A stretch of DNA of 61,420 bases, filler included, from Sphacelaria rigidula (Eukaryota): the NCBI GenBank assembly GCA_964200075.2. It is 7 parts of 7 records of this genome, joined end to end, with 100 filler letters (N's around TTAATTAATTAA, not from the genome) between each part and the next. Parts side by side here need not be neighbours in the genome. Positions count along the whole stretch, not along the records: positions 35,157 to 43,844 come from CAXNAA020010375.1; positions 43,945 to 52,632 come from CAXNAA020010376.1; 5 more parts are not named here. The stretch is one strand, 5' to 3'. The position numbers and the translations under genes were made by a program. Below, piece by piece: positions 39,044 through 51,744 of this stretch (within the stretch, counting starts at the first letter, position 1; the number at the start of each line of letters is the position of its first letter). A model generated the notes under the pieces. The model was not told the DNA's origin and made no database searches. It saw only the letters and a list, made by a program, of their open reading frames with translations.

Positions 39044-41772
39044 CTAGGAAACTGATATTTCGCTTACGGCGCGCGATGCCGAGGTGGCTGCCAGCGCCGC
39101 CCGCACAGCCTCCGACAAGCTGTGATCGGACGCGGCCCGTTCTTCGGGAGGCATCTGTGTCTTCGACGATATCGATAACGAGCTACTCAATCTCCGAAGA
39201 GCCCCCCCTCTCCTGCTTGGCGTACCGCGACTACTGCCGGCAATCACGCTTCCGTCCCCCCCCCTCAGGGACCCTGTAGTACCGTTAAAAACAACACCAT
39301 TGTCGTAGTGGTCGCCGCTGGTGCTCCTTCCGCCCGCTGAATACGAAGAGTCGGCGCCGTTTTCAATGTCAGTCGGCCCGTCTAGATCAGAATCCGAAGA
39401 ATTCCTACGCTGCATGCCATCGCTGAGACCATAGCCGGCGCCGCCTGCCTGAGCCGGATTGTAGACGGCGTAGTGCGTTCCCTCCGAGTCAAATTCGCTG
39501 CTGACCTCACGGTCGCCGTCTTCGTCGCCGTCGTCACGATATTGCTGCTCCTGCTGTCGTCGCTGCTGTTGCTGGTTTTCCAAGTCCTTAGTGGTGAGGT
39601 TCATGAGCATGCTCTCGTCTGACGGCCTCCAGATCAGCAGGGGTATCATGATGAACTGGAGACCGAAAAGCCACAAGCCCCAGTACAAAGCCTGCGTGCG
39701 TGTGTGTGTATGTGTGTACAATATGGTGGAGCTCAGAAATGGTTTGTCAAACCATTTAACCAGTTGAATGGTTGCGCGTAGCGCACTCCTTAACCAGTTA
39801 AATGGTACATAATGATTTCGGTCATCGAGCGGCGCAGCCGCGAGCCAAAAAGCTCTCCCCGGCAGAGGGGGGAGCCGCTGGAGGCGCCGTGCCGGAGGCA
39901 CGTTTGTACGCAAATTGGCTTCACTGGAGCTGAAAAATATGTCAAAGTTGGGCCAATTTCAAGGGCTGTGTGTAGCATACGTAGCCGGTCACGGCTTATC
40001 AAGCCCGTAACGGTAAATAATGGTTTTAAACCATTATCCAATCTTTTCATGTAATCATTATCATTACTACCATTATAATGACAATAGAGAGTTTCGGAAA
40101 ACGCTTTTTGGTCATTTCAGAGTGCAAATATCTCAGGATCAGAGTGTAACGACAAAATATTTTCCCCTTCGTGAAATGTGGTATCCCCTTAATGTTTTTT
40201 CAATGAGGTGTTTTTGTTCATCCTGCACTCTGATCCTGAGATATTTGCACTCTGAACTGACAAAAAAGCGTTTTCCGAAACTCTCTAATGGCCAGTTATA
40301 ACTGATACCAATTCCGAGCTCTAGTGTGTGGTGTATGATGTATGTGTGCGCGCGCGCGTGCCCGGCACGCTGATGTCCACTTTGCGGCATGCTATGATAT
40401 GTTTCATGTATGTATATCGATCGCGCCGGTGGCTCAGTTGGTAACTTCGAAACCTTCTGACGGCTGGGTCGTGGGTTCAATTCCCGGAGCCATCTGGGAT
40501 TTTTTCTCACACCATGCCCAAACAGTCAAGAGCGACTATGTCGTTCGTACACAACATTCGGCTTAACGGTCGACGAGGAATAAGAGAAGGCTGAACCCCT
40601 CTCGCCATAAAAAGCAAAAAGGCAAGCACCGCAGAAGGAAGGTGGGGTATTAAAAACAAACAAAAAAGAAAAAGCTCCTGTGTTGACTCCTCCTCCTGTG
40701 TGACCCCGGCTGGTGCGCCCATATATACCGAAAGGTGTAGACCGGCGTCCGCAATAGATGGGACGACAACACACACATGTATGTGCAAGAGGGAAAAATC
40801 CGTCTTCACTCGCGACTGCAGCGTAATAATCATTTTGAATATTGGATGACAGCACAAACACACACAAGACAAGTATATTCAAAACAATAAAGACTCTATC
40901 ACGAGCATTTGCAAAAACTAATATCATTGGCAAACACACGACGAGATTCCAGCGGGAATGAAAAACACGGGGGGTCCAAAATTGACAAAATTCCCTCTCC
41001 CGAAGATGATGACAAAATCGAGCAAAAATAAAGAGTCATTTCATCACGTTGTGACGAAACAAATGGGATGGCTGAAATTGCAACACGAAAAACGCACCAC
41101 AGGCTTCTTTTCGCCTTGTTTAAATGGATCGAACGGACGAGAAAACTCGAGCCATGATTCACTAGCCATCGCAAAAGCAATTCAAGCAAGAGCAACGACA
41201 CGGTAACGACTGCGAGAACCACAAACACAAACTCCACAACAAGAGTAAAACGCACGCGCGCATCCCGCGATAGCGACCGTCGGCAAAACAATCCCACAAA
41301 AACGACCGCGGGGTGCGGATGAAGTGGTCATTATCCATGATCCAATGGTCGAAGACATGATGCCCAGACAGGTACCGGCGGAGAGATGACACAGACTGAT
41401 TGATCTCTAAACCCTTCTGGAAACCGTTGATGGAAAAATGACCATTTACATTTGATGTTTTCTCGGACAAGATATGCTTGTTTTACCGCAAGTGGTGATG
41501 ATGCAGTCCCCAACAAAACGGTACAACACTCTTTGAAGTGCGCGGCAAGTATACTAATGGGACAGATTCGTGCACCGAACGAACTCGAAGTGACGTTTCC
41601 CGGTGACCAAAAGGTCGCATATGGGAGTGTTTGTAAATCGTCACTTTTCCATCAACGGTTCCAAAAGGGTTAAAGAAGACGGACTCGTTCTGGAGAAGAG
41701 CCCTTCAAGTACACTTACATATACAAATGCACACTGGAGTATGGCCCACGCTCCACCGATGTGCGCACCATG

Positions 41773-41811
<39 letters not shown>

Positions 41812-43478
41812 AGCACCAATACGTACCTTTTCGTCCATGCCTTCTTCGCTGCTGCTGACGCCGAGGTTGACAAGGAGGAGGATGACCAGCACGGTAGAAA
41901 ACACGAAGGGGAGGATGGCCCGCGCCCTGGCGAATCTCATGACCTCGTGATAGAGCACCGCGTCGTCGTGGCTCGATTCTCTGGTGTGGGCATGCCGCCA
42001 AAGGGAATGGGGGTGAGTGTGAGGGTAGAGAGTAGAGATAGAGAGCAGTGCATAGGAGAGGAGGGGGGAAAATGAAAACAGGAGGAGGGAGTATGAATGA
42101 CGAAGCGAAGACAGGGAGAATATGAAGGAAACATTATAATTTTGGAATATAAGCAAAAGTATGACCATGAATACGACTATGAGTACGAGTACGAGTACGA
42201 GTTCGAGTATAAATATGGGTACAATTATAAGTACAAATGTAAGTACAAGTACAAGTACACATACACGCACAGGTATGAGTATTAGTAAACGTAAACGTAA
42301 AAGTAAACCTTGCACGTGCGGGGTGCTACTGTGATGAAAAAACGTTCAACGAAGAGAAAAAGCCGCGCAACACTTCACGTCAGGCGAATATAACAGCACG
42401 GCAACACACACCCACAAGGGACCACGCAACCATGAATACGTGAGTGATTCGAATGATTGGTTAGGTGGTTGATGGTCGGACAGTAAGTTATTACCTACAG
42501 TAGGAATACAGTCGGGATCGCAAGACAGACGTCGCCAAGGCGAACGAAAACCGGACCGTAGACGACTCCAAGAAAAGGTGAAGGGGCAAAGATGACAAGG
42601 AAATGGAAGAACATATATCCCGGAATCATATCTCGTCCGTGCCATGCGTGAAAGCACGTGATCGCCTACAGTAGTGGCAAGGTGGCAAGACCCTACCCCA
42701 GTACGAGATCAAAACGTTCAATTGCTTCCTCACTACCAGAAAACTCACACGCGCATGCACACACACAGACACAAAGGAGAGAATGAGAATAAAGTAAAAA
42801 CGGTAAATTACAAGGCAAGAGAGAGTAGTGGGAAAAGGGGGAAAGAATAAAAGAAGCAAAAATAAGAACAAAAAAACAAGAGAAAAAAAGAAAAGCAAAA
42901 GGAACGAGGAAAAAAATTCAAAAAGAGGAAAAAGGAAAAGGAAAATGAAAATGAAAATGAGAAGGAGAAGGAGAAGGAAAAAGACAAAGGAAGAAGAAAA
43001 AGGAAGAAGAAAAAGAAAAAGAAAAAAGAAACAAAGGAGAAGAATAAGGAAAAGCAAAAATAAAATAATCGATAAAAAAATCTTTAAATAAATAAAAGCA
43101 GAACCACAACACAATCAAAGTAAGTTGTGTAATAAGAAAAATATACCGCACACAGTACAATAAAATAAAATACAATACAATAAAATCATACAATCACACA
43201 ATCACACAATCACACGAAGCACAAAAAAGACACAAAGAAAAACATCAACCATCGTACTCACGGAATCATAACTCTCCCCCGGCACATGGTGAGCGGTCTC
43301 AGCACGTTGAACCAAGAGATGAACCAGTGCGCCAAGGCAATCTGAAGGAGTAATGCCACCAGAGCCCCGCTCTTGATGAAGAGCGACCACCAGTTGACGC
43401 GTCCATCGCTAGGCTGGATGGCGTCGAGAAGCACCGTCGGCGTGCAGTTCCCAGGGAACTCGCTGATCAGGTCCACAT
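39044..43478 (-). CDS. Last three exons (43262-43478, 41827-41980, 39044-39691) of a multi-pass membrane protein, possibly TMEM87/GPR107-like 7TM
   Basis: Phase-compatible GT-AG junctions (CC|gtgagt...cag|A and AAG|gtacgt...cag|GCT). Three hydrophobic helices end in IPLLIWRPS, followed by a long acidic/Ser-rich tail and a TAG at 39044. Confidence 0.8.
39735..39990. repeat. Dispersed repeat shared with 52440-52564
   Basis: aaccagttgaatggtt...ggtcatcgagcggcgcagccgcgagccaaaa present in contigs 5 and 6. Confidence 0.75.
40420..40785 (+). mobile_element. tRNA-derived SINE, second full copy, intronic and antisense to the host gene
   Basis: A box TGGCTCAGTTGG and B box GGTTCAATTCC; body colinear with the 27621 copy; ends gggacgacaacacacac. 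Confidence 0.88.
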
Positions 43479-43635
43479 CTGTAGAAGCGTTGTTGTTGTT
43501 GTTGTTGTTAATCAAATGCAACATCAACGCGAGGGTGTTATCGGTGTGAACTGTTCAGCTGTTTGTTCCATGTATACACGTCGGCCGAATCAAAGCAAGA
43601 GAGGCAGAGACAGAGACAGAGACAGAGACAGAGAT
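41773..43635. repeat. Cluster of intronic simple repeats: (AAC)n 41773-41810, (RAGTAY)n ~42157-42282, A/G-rich tract 42830-43100, (GACAGA)n 43606-43634
   Basis: Seen directly; they surround two exons of the membrane-protein gene. Confidence 0.85.
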
Positions 43636-44044
43636 AGGAGGATCAACAAGGGACATCAAAACAAGAAAAAAAAAATGGGGACGGGACAGCTAGAGAAACA
43701 TAAGTATCACGAACAACGAAAGAAGAGAAAACGAAGAAACGAAGAAAAATATGGGGGGGAAACGGGCGCGCGGAGGGGGGGGGGGGGCGTACTCATTTGT
43801 TGCTTGCCTTAGTCATTTGACCATTGACCACGCATCCCTTTCGANNNNNNNNNNNNNNNNNNNNNNNNNNNNNNNNNNNNNNNNNNNNTTAATTAATTAA
43901 NNNNNNNNNNNNNNNNNNNNNNNNNNNNNNNNNNNNNNNNNNNNTCTTCGCCCCCCTCTCCTCGCATCCACACAGCGCCCCACGCTGATTTTTTGAGAAA
44001 AAAACGGCCACACAACCCCCCCCCCCCCCCCCCCCTATCGTAGA

Positions 44045-46120
44045 ATGACTCGTGCTTCGATCTTGGAATCGGCCGTCGTAGTCCCAATGACTTCGCGTAA
44101 CCGCGGCACAGCTTCAACTCTCCAGTCAGCTGCACTCCCGGCTGCTTCGCGGTCTTTCGCAGTAGGTCCTCGTGAACGTGAGCGTGCGCACAGTAAAAAT
44201 CGTGTATTTTAACGATCTGGGGGCTAGGCGGGGCTCCCAGGAGAATCACAACATATGCCCAAGCACACTTGTGACCATCTTCCTTATCAAGGCGGCAGGC
44301 GCACATCGTGAGTTATCGAGTTGGTCCAGGTTTTTTCAGTGTGCTTTATGGGATGAGATCTACCCTAAAACCTCCACGAAAACCAGTGTAGGTGTGCCCA
44401 TCATTTTGGATCCTTGTGAATGACAAGAGGTGATGATGGATATTAGGTACATCACCAACATCTATTAATTTTCCCACCACATCCTGTCCGTCAGATCTGA
44501 AAGCAAGAGACAAATTTCCTCTGCCTACGATCGGGTTAATACTACCACTCGCGCACCGTAGTACCCTACCCTGACACTTCATGTACTCCATCATCGCACA
44601 GGAATCGAGGGAGAAATGGTGGGTAGGCCCCGTGTCAAACACCCATGGTTCGTCCTCACCCTGCTGTGTACCACCCCCCCGCCCAACACACAATGCGTAC
44701 TCGCCTGTTGCGTCGTTGATGGCGGTGTCGAAAGAGGTGAACGCCTCCCCGTTCGCGTTCGAGCGAACGGAGCAGTCGTCGCTGTCGTCCACCGCACCCA
44801 TCGCCATCGCCACATCTTCTGTCTTCGCTGCCGATCTCGGACAGTCCCGAAACTTGTACCCCGGTTGACCGCACCTCGCACAGCATCTCTTCGGGCAGTC
44901 CTTGACGCGGTTCGTCGAGTCCTCTTTGCAAATGTGGTAGCGGATCCGTTTCACAGTCGCCGGTTTGCCGTCCGACGATGTCGACTCAGAGCTACTCGAA
45001 CTCTGGCCCCCGCCATTTTTCTGACCAGATTCCCGGGGTTTGCCCGGTTTTCCTTGCGGTGTACACCGCTGGGTTTCCCGGTCCCACCCCTGGCGAGGAG
45101 AGCCTCGTCACCTGGGGATGAATCCTTTTCCCTGGCAAGTTCCTGCTTCAAAGCGGCCGACTCGAAGCGCTTTAGAACCGGCGTTATCACAATCTCCCGT
45201 GTAGCGGCCTCTCTTGACCCTCCAGCAAGTGCTTTTGGATGTGATGGTCGTACGGCAAGGCATTGAGAAATTTCAAGAGGGTATGGTTTTCGCTTCGGGG
45301 TTGATGGCCCGTTATGAGTTCAGGTCTCGTGCAATGTCTTCCATCTCGAGCAGCTTTTGCTCTGAATCGTCACGAACACCAATCTTGGCTCATTTCTTTC
45401 GGGGCGAAAGATATCCGAAAATTTTCTCCAAACTGCTCCAGGTGAGTGAAGTCTGAGCAAGATATCTTCTTGTTCTCTCTTGCCTTCGAGACTAGCAACA
45501 AGCACCCGTCTCGCCCTCACTTGGGCTGCCACAATGTCCTTTCCGTATCTAGTCTCCAGATATCCCAGTGATAGTTCAGGGTCGCCAATATGTACGTCGT
45601 GCGAACTGTCGCCGGCCATGGTAAACACCCAGTCAACTCCTTCGCCCCTTGCGAAGTTGATCAGCTCATGTTTGTACGGTGCGAACTCTGTGTTTTCCCC
45701 TGAAAATTTGGGCACGTTCTGTCGAAAATCGGGCACCCCTGACACCTTCCCATTTGCATCGTACACAAGGCCGCACTTTGCCCAGGGGGTGAATGCTATG
45801 TACCGCCCTTGCCCGAGGTTTCTCGGTACACAAGTGGACACTTTGCTACACCTTGTGAACACCTTGCGAAGGTGAAGACCTTGTGGACGACCTTGTGAAC
45901 ACCTTCGGGAGGTCCAAAAGCCTCAAGTTGACTCAAATTAACCTTCGACAATGCGCACGGTTGTAGAGGGTTGCTTGACACAGCAACCTTGCGAGGATGA
46001 ACACCCTCAGAAGGTCTGAGATATACACGTACACAATGTGCGACGTTGTAGAGGGTTGCTTGACACAGCACCTTGTTGTGCGAGTGAACATCATGACGGG
46101 GTCTGATATACCGTGCCAAC
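44045..46120 (-). mobile_element. Decayed Ty1/Copia LTR retrotransposon: leader with tandem repeats, gag, zinc knuckles, protease and GAG-pre-integrase; 3' part lost at the contig start
   Basis: Gag-like VPKFSGENTEF...SPGAVWRKF (45320-45770); knuckle CARCGQPGYKFRDC; protease WVFDTGPTHH; pre-integrase HAHVHEDLLRKTAKQ...LKLCRG. Domain order is Copia-like; several frameshifts are present. Confidence 0.9.
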
Positions 46121-46193
46121 ATCGAAATCCTCTGGATTGCATGTTTCCGAAATCCCATTCTTGCTACAGCATATTTGGACATTGTGCAGCGCT

Positions 46194-46374
46194 GAGGCTG
46201 CTCGGGGTAAATCCTCGTTTTCCCCAATTTGGATTTCTGTTTTTTTTCAAATGCCAAATTGAGAAAAACGAGGATTTTAATAGTTTTTCTTTATATATCC
46301 TCGTTTTGCCCAATTCGGATTTTTTTTTTTTTAATCAAAATAGGGGAAAACGAGGATTAACCCCGGACAGCCCC
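46194..46374. mobile_element. Small MITE (~180 bp)
   Basis: TIRs ggctgctcggggtaaatcctcgttttcccc / ggggaaaacgaggattaaccccggacagcc, with internal copies of the atcctcgtttt motif. Confidence 0.8.
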
Positions 46375-48246
46375 TGCTGTAAAATCTCATACACTAGCAT
46401 GTGGAAGATGTACAGCAAAAAAAAGAATTATCGGAAGTCCTCGTTTCGGCCACCAATTGGGCAAAAAGAGGACTTGCGAGCAGCCTTTGCTGTCCAAATT
46501 CGACACACTATGCTGTTAACAGCCTATGACACTCAAACTACAGAGATGTCAAAAACTCGTCTCACCTCCCAATCGAATTAGTTGGGCAGGACGGGAACTT
46601 TCGACAGCCTCTGCTGTTGAAATTCCATACGCGGCTGCAAGTGCATGTCTCGACGGCAGTACTTACATAACTGACTTACTGAAGTCATGGGGTTTGAAAA
46701 CCCTGCAGTCCGTCGCTTACCAATCGCATTTTGCATCTGCAGGGTAAATACACCGCATCGCGGCTTCTGTACTTCGATAGAGGTACGAGTCAGTAACGCT
46801 ACGATTGGTAGACAACGGGCTATGGGGTTTCACAACCCATATGATTACATGTGCGAGGTGTGTACGTACCGCCGACGGAATCTCTCCATCCCCGACCCAC
46901 CGAACGGGGCATGCCTCGGTGAGACAGCCCTGCCGAGGTATCTGCATCCTCCGTCCATGTGCTCCGAGCGATTTCGTTGTCCCGTAGGCCGCCTGCATCG
47001 GGAGTCAAGGGTAAAGGTGATGGACGCGGCACGGACACGGTGGGCGCAATAAAATTTGACAACAGAAAGAAGGGAAAAGATTCAAGGCGGGGGAGGTTGT
47101 GAACAGCGCGGGTATCGTATGCATCGCCGAAGGGGTGGCGCGGATGCAATGTGCATAACAGCGGCGCACGCACAACGTTGCCGGCCACGACATTCTGTCG
47201 CCGGAATGGCAGGCATGAACAGCATTCGGTGTGGAAGATGGGCGCTGAAGTACAGAGGCAATGGATCGGATTCACGTCATACAACGGAAACAGCGAAGAC
47301 GAAAAAACTTGTGAATGCGAACCCGCGGTTCGACAGAAAACTACTCGCATCGCGAGTCCAATACTACTGCGCGCCCTGCTAGTGTCATGGGACTGTTGTC
47401 ACCAGTGGAATGTACGAAATGTGGATTCCATCCCCAAGGTTTGTCTTCTTTACTTTGTGTATGTGGTTTCCCACCTTCATTTGGATATCAGTTGTTTCGA
47501 CAAATGCATGATGACCCGATCGCGCAGCTCTACTAAATGATACGAGTACTTTCGCATGCGATGTAAAGCAAACTATGCGGATATTAGGGGCTTTAACTAG
47601 GGATTTCGAAAGAAAATACATGTAGAAAACGCCGCAATCAACAAACCGTTGAAATCATTATATATCGTAATTTCCGTACAGTGTTCGAGCATAGGGTCGA
47701 CGCCCTTGGTGATCGTCCCAACCTCGTAAACACGCTTTGACAGAGGCGTCTGTGGCAGTTCGCGCGCCGATGGCACAACGTGCTGAGTATGTGTCTTGTC
47801 GCATTCTTCCATCGAAAAAAGGAGTAGCGGTGATTAATTATAGCGAAATTCGCTCATTTTGTCTCGAGTTGGGTCGAAGCGAATTATCAAGCTTTCTATC
47901 GGAAAAGGATGGTGGAATTCGTGAAGCCGTACATGGTCGCTCGTGAACAATACAGGCAGTCCGTACTATCTGTACTGTTTGCATGCAGCGTATGTTGAGT
48001 TCGTGTCTGCGTGTTTTGTGCAGCAGGATGTGAAAGAGGAGCGGGCAATATGCACAACTCGCAGCGCAGCGCCATCTGTTCTCTCTGCCTACAAAGCGAC
48101 GTGAAAAGGACTCGGGCAGCGCGCGGCTTTGTAGATGCGTTGTGTCTATGACCGCGTCCGCGAGGGGGTTGGCCACCTTACCACGCCGTTCTAACCGTGG
48201 TTCCTGCGATGAAAAAGGATGATCAAGTTTTCACAAGTCGGACGAG

Positions 48247-48587
48247 CACGAGTATGACTCGTAGGTCGCACTCGTTGGGCTGCTCGTGGTGAAAAAAAGT
48301 AATAGGGTGAGTACTAGAGTCATTCCTTGTTGTGGGAAAATTAATAGGACGAATACTCGAGTCATTGCTCGTGGTGAAAACATTATTAGGGCGAGTACTC
48401 GATTCATTGCTCGTGGTGGAATAAAATCATAGGGCGAGCCCTCGAGTCATTGCTCGTGGTGGAAAAACCCATGACTTGAGCACACGAGTCATTGTTCTTG
48501 GTGAAAATAAATAATAAAGAACTCGAGCACACGAGTCATGCTCGTTGTGAAGAAGAAAATGACTCGAGCACACGAGTCATACTCGTG
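48247..48587. mobile_element. MITE with 16-bp perfect TIRs enclosing about seven ~42-bp tandem units
   Basis: cacgagtatgactcgt / acgagtcatactcgtg; internal unit gagtcattgctcgtggtgaaaa...ctc. Confidence 0.8.
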
Positions 48588-48609
48588 GTGCTTTCGAAAA
48601 ACAGACACT

Positions 48610-49027
48610 GGAATTCTTGAAGATGGGGCTGAAAAAAGATGAGGTTCAACTCAAAAGCCGTGCAGTTCCTGACTTAAATTCATGATGAAATACTTTCATA
48701 CGGACGACCTCATCCCCTCGACCTCCCTAAATTTATTTCGGGGGCTTTCTAGCCTTCCATTCCCCCAAGGGCCCCAAGGGGTATGTGCAAAAGCTCACTT
48801 TTGACTCGACTTCGGGGTGAAAAAAGGACGTTTTTTGGCCCAAAAACCGTGCTTTCGCGCATACCCTTTGGGGGAACGGAAGGCTAGAAATCCCCCAAAG
48901 TAGTTTTAGGCAGGTCGGGAGGGATGGGTTCGTCCATATGAGAGTCATTTGTGATGAATTTAGGTCATGGAAAGCACGGCTTTTGAGTTGAACCTCATGT
49001 TTTTTTCAAACCCATTTTCGAGAATCC
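48610..49027. mobile_element. Family B foldback MITE, complete copy
   Basis: atgaggttcaactcaaaagccgtgc...gcacggcttttgagttgaacctcat; homologous to 13018-13434. Confidence 0.85.
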
Positions 49028-49339
49028 ACCGTCAATATTAATGACTAATAGCCTTTGTCTTTCATTATCTTCTCCTTCTTTCGGTGTACTTTTTCGACAG
49101 ATCTGGCGTTTGTTGTTTGTGTGTTAGTTTGTTTTTCTTTCTTTCTTTTTCCTCTTCGTTGAATTCGGGGGAGCTACTTCTCACCGGTTTTCGTGGCGTC
49201 TCTATTCTTATGTATTTTTTTGGTATTGCGTCTTGTAAGGAATAGCAGAAAACGGTATTGGAAAGGCGAGCCTACGTCTGTGACCACGGGTTCGCGAGAT
49301 CAGACTAATGTGGGAAATAATAATAATAACAGTAATAAA

Positions 49340-49776
49340 AGCCGATCATCGAAATTGATGATGGAACTTTTCATTGAGGATGAGAACCCGGAAATTAAAA
49401 AAACTTCGTTTTCACACCACATCTTCCAAATACGGTTCCATTCCTTCACCTACTGGTAGCTATTGACGACTACTGCACGCAATACAATTTTGGATCTCGA
49501 TAACCAAAATTTTGGGCCCTAAGGGAAAAACAAAAACGGGGAATATCGGCGATCCGATTGGATCACCTAAATTCCCCAACGTTATTTATTCACCTAGGAC
49601 CCAAAAATATCGGTGATGAAAATCCCAATTCGTAGGGCGTGCAGTAGTTGTTAATAGTTATCAGTAGGTGAAGGAATGGAACAATATATGGAAGATGTGG
49701 TGTGAAATCGAATTTTTTTAATTTCCGGGTTCTCATCCTCAATGAAAAGCTCCATCCTCGATTGCGATGATCGGCT
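49340..49776. mobile_element. Foldback MITE, family D; a partial copy lies at ~17420-17478
   Basis: Nearly full-length inverted repeat: agccgatcatcg...cattgaggatgagaacccggaaattaaaaaa / ttttttaatttccgggttctcatcctcaatg...cgatgatcggct. Confidence 0.85.
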
Positions 49777-51401
49777 GTTGAGTGCTCTCGTTTCGACGAG
49801 AAATTAGTCGTACAACGTGTGCAAGTATCCGCCGACAAAACGTAAACACAACATACCCAACTACTGCAGTGCATCCATCCTTGTGCTCGACAGCTCTATG
49901 CTGCAGGGTTGTGTACGTGGCTAAGGATGAATAGTGCGTACTGGTTTGCATGATTCTGTGAACGGATAATATGGTATCTGGCGTGGCGGTCTGTAAGTTA
50001 GGGGTCAAGCGCCCCTTTGTGCCTTTTGCCCGTATTCTTGTTAAATAAAAAGTGGGCTTTGTTTGTTTCTACTTCTCCGCTAGCCAATAAGGCTGTGATA
50101 CAGTAGGTACAATGACAACTACAGCATGGAAATGATGCACGTGGGAACGAATTGCAATGTTGGTTTTACAAACGACACAACGCCCCCAACACGCCATGAT
50201 GGTGGCGCTTTCGGCAGTGTCTAGACTTGTGCTTACTGACAGGGACACAACAACAACACTTAAGATCAGGCAATCCTCGGGGCAGATCAAACCGTATTTG
50301 CAGGGCACCACACAAACTGTCAGCTACAGGACACGAATGATGGCTCTGCGCACGAAGGACCTTGTTCGATGCGAAAGAGACAACATCCAACCAACACATA
50401 ATGCAGAGCATTTTCAACTTCGACAAGACAGCACTTGCCTGCCGACAGCAGCAGTTATTCGTTACAAAATAGTAACTCCAGCAGAGACTACGAGCTGGGC
50501 AAGCCAAGAGTACGTGTGAATCTCGCTCAGGCGAAGCACGGCGCGATATCAGGAGTTTGACGCTGAAATTTTGACAGCAGATTATGATCGAAATGCAGAA
50601 GATCACGCGAGCAGCAAAGAAAAAAAGAAAAACAAATGTTATGGGCATTTGAAATTTCAGTAAAAACAAGATATTGTCATAAGTCCAGGGGGAAAAGGAG
50701 AATCTGCAGTTGCTCACGTGAAATATCAGTTCCTTGGGTGCAAAAGGTCTACCTGAAATTTCAGCTCAAGGGTCGTCTAATTGGGCCGTGCGTTCAACAT
50801 TTTCCGTGACGCTGCTGCACCCCTGTAAATCAAGTGATGGGAGACTCCAATTATGGAGGTCATGAGTTCGAATGCCGACATATTCTCTATTTTTTTCGTC
50901 CGTCGTTAAGGTCATACATTATGCAGTACATTTTTTTCAATATTTTTTCTTCATTCAGCGGCGGTGTCGTGTGTCACCATGTTGGTCTATATTTCACAGT
51001 GATATGCTTACATCGGGTTCATTTGGGAAACTGGGGAAGCTGTGATGTGAGCAACTTTTAGCAGCTATTAAGCTGGCCTAGCTCGTAGACAGTTCTGGCA
51101 ACGTCTAAACACACGATTGTGCGGTGACATGTGCAGCACATGAGAGAGCCAGTTGGTGTATGCTGTATACAATAAAACATGGTATTTCTCATTTTACTCC
51201 TTGTGACAAATCGTAAACAAGTCAAGCGTTTCGAATCGTCCCCCAATTCTAAGCGCTTGGCCGAAACTAAGCAAATATTTTGGGTCCGTCCAGAATTTGG
51301 GGGTCTAAACCTTGACAATTTTGTTCCTTAACACTCCCTTTGATCGCGAACATAAGCAAGTTAAGGACAACATGCGGTCTAACTCGGGCCCAGGATAGCT
51401 T

Positions 51402-51744
51402 TCAGTGTCGAAAATCGAACGGAATAAAAAGTTTGATACGTTTTTTCAAAATCTCGACGAAACAACGTCGATATCGATATTTGTATCGATACTCGGAAAA
51501 TGGTCAAAAAAAAGTTTTTCTGATTTTCTCGACCTTTTTTGCTGTTTTTGAGGTGTCATCTTTGCAAAAATGGGGGGAACGATGGTGCCAATGCACGACT
51601 TCCTCCCTTGTTTAGCAGGCGGGGCCGCCGAGAGTGCCACTTTGTGCATCGAAAATATCAGCTCACCAGCTTGCGATTCCGATACTGGGAAATGCCGAAA
51701 ATCTTGATCGATACTCGATATTTCGACACGAATTTCAACACTGA
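51402..51744. mobile_element. MITE with short CAGTGT TIRs and tcgata subrepeats
   Basis: tcagtgtcgaaa / tttcaacactga ends; many atcgata motifs near both ends. Confidence 0.6.

Noticed and set aside
42097-42285. Tyr-rich ORF (YEYEYE/YKYKYK) and the antisense hydrophobic ORF
   Set aside because: Translation of a degenerate hexamer microsatellite within an intron.
42626-43193. Lys/Arg-rich and Phe/Leu-rich ORFs
   Set aside because: Produced by an intronic A/G-rich low-complexity tract.
46098-46118. Copia primer-binding site and 5' LTR
   Set aside because: The minus strand has cggtatatcaga, only loosely like the tRNA-Met PBS, and no second LTR is available to confirm it.
48280-48590. CRISPR-like repeat/spacer pattern
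   Set aside because: Units are degenerate, the spacers resemble each other, the array is enclosed by TIRs, and there are no cas genes in this eukaryotic context.
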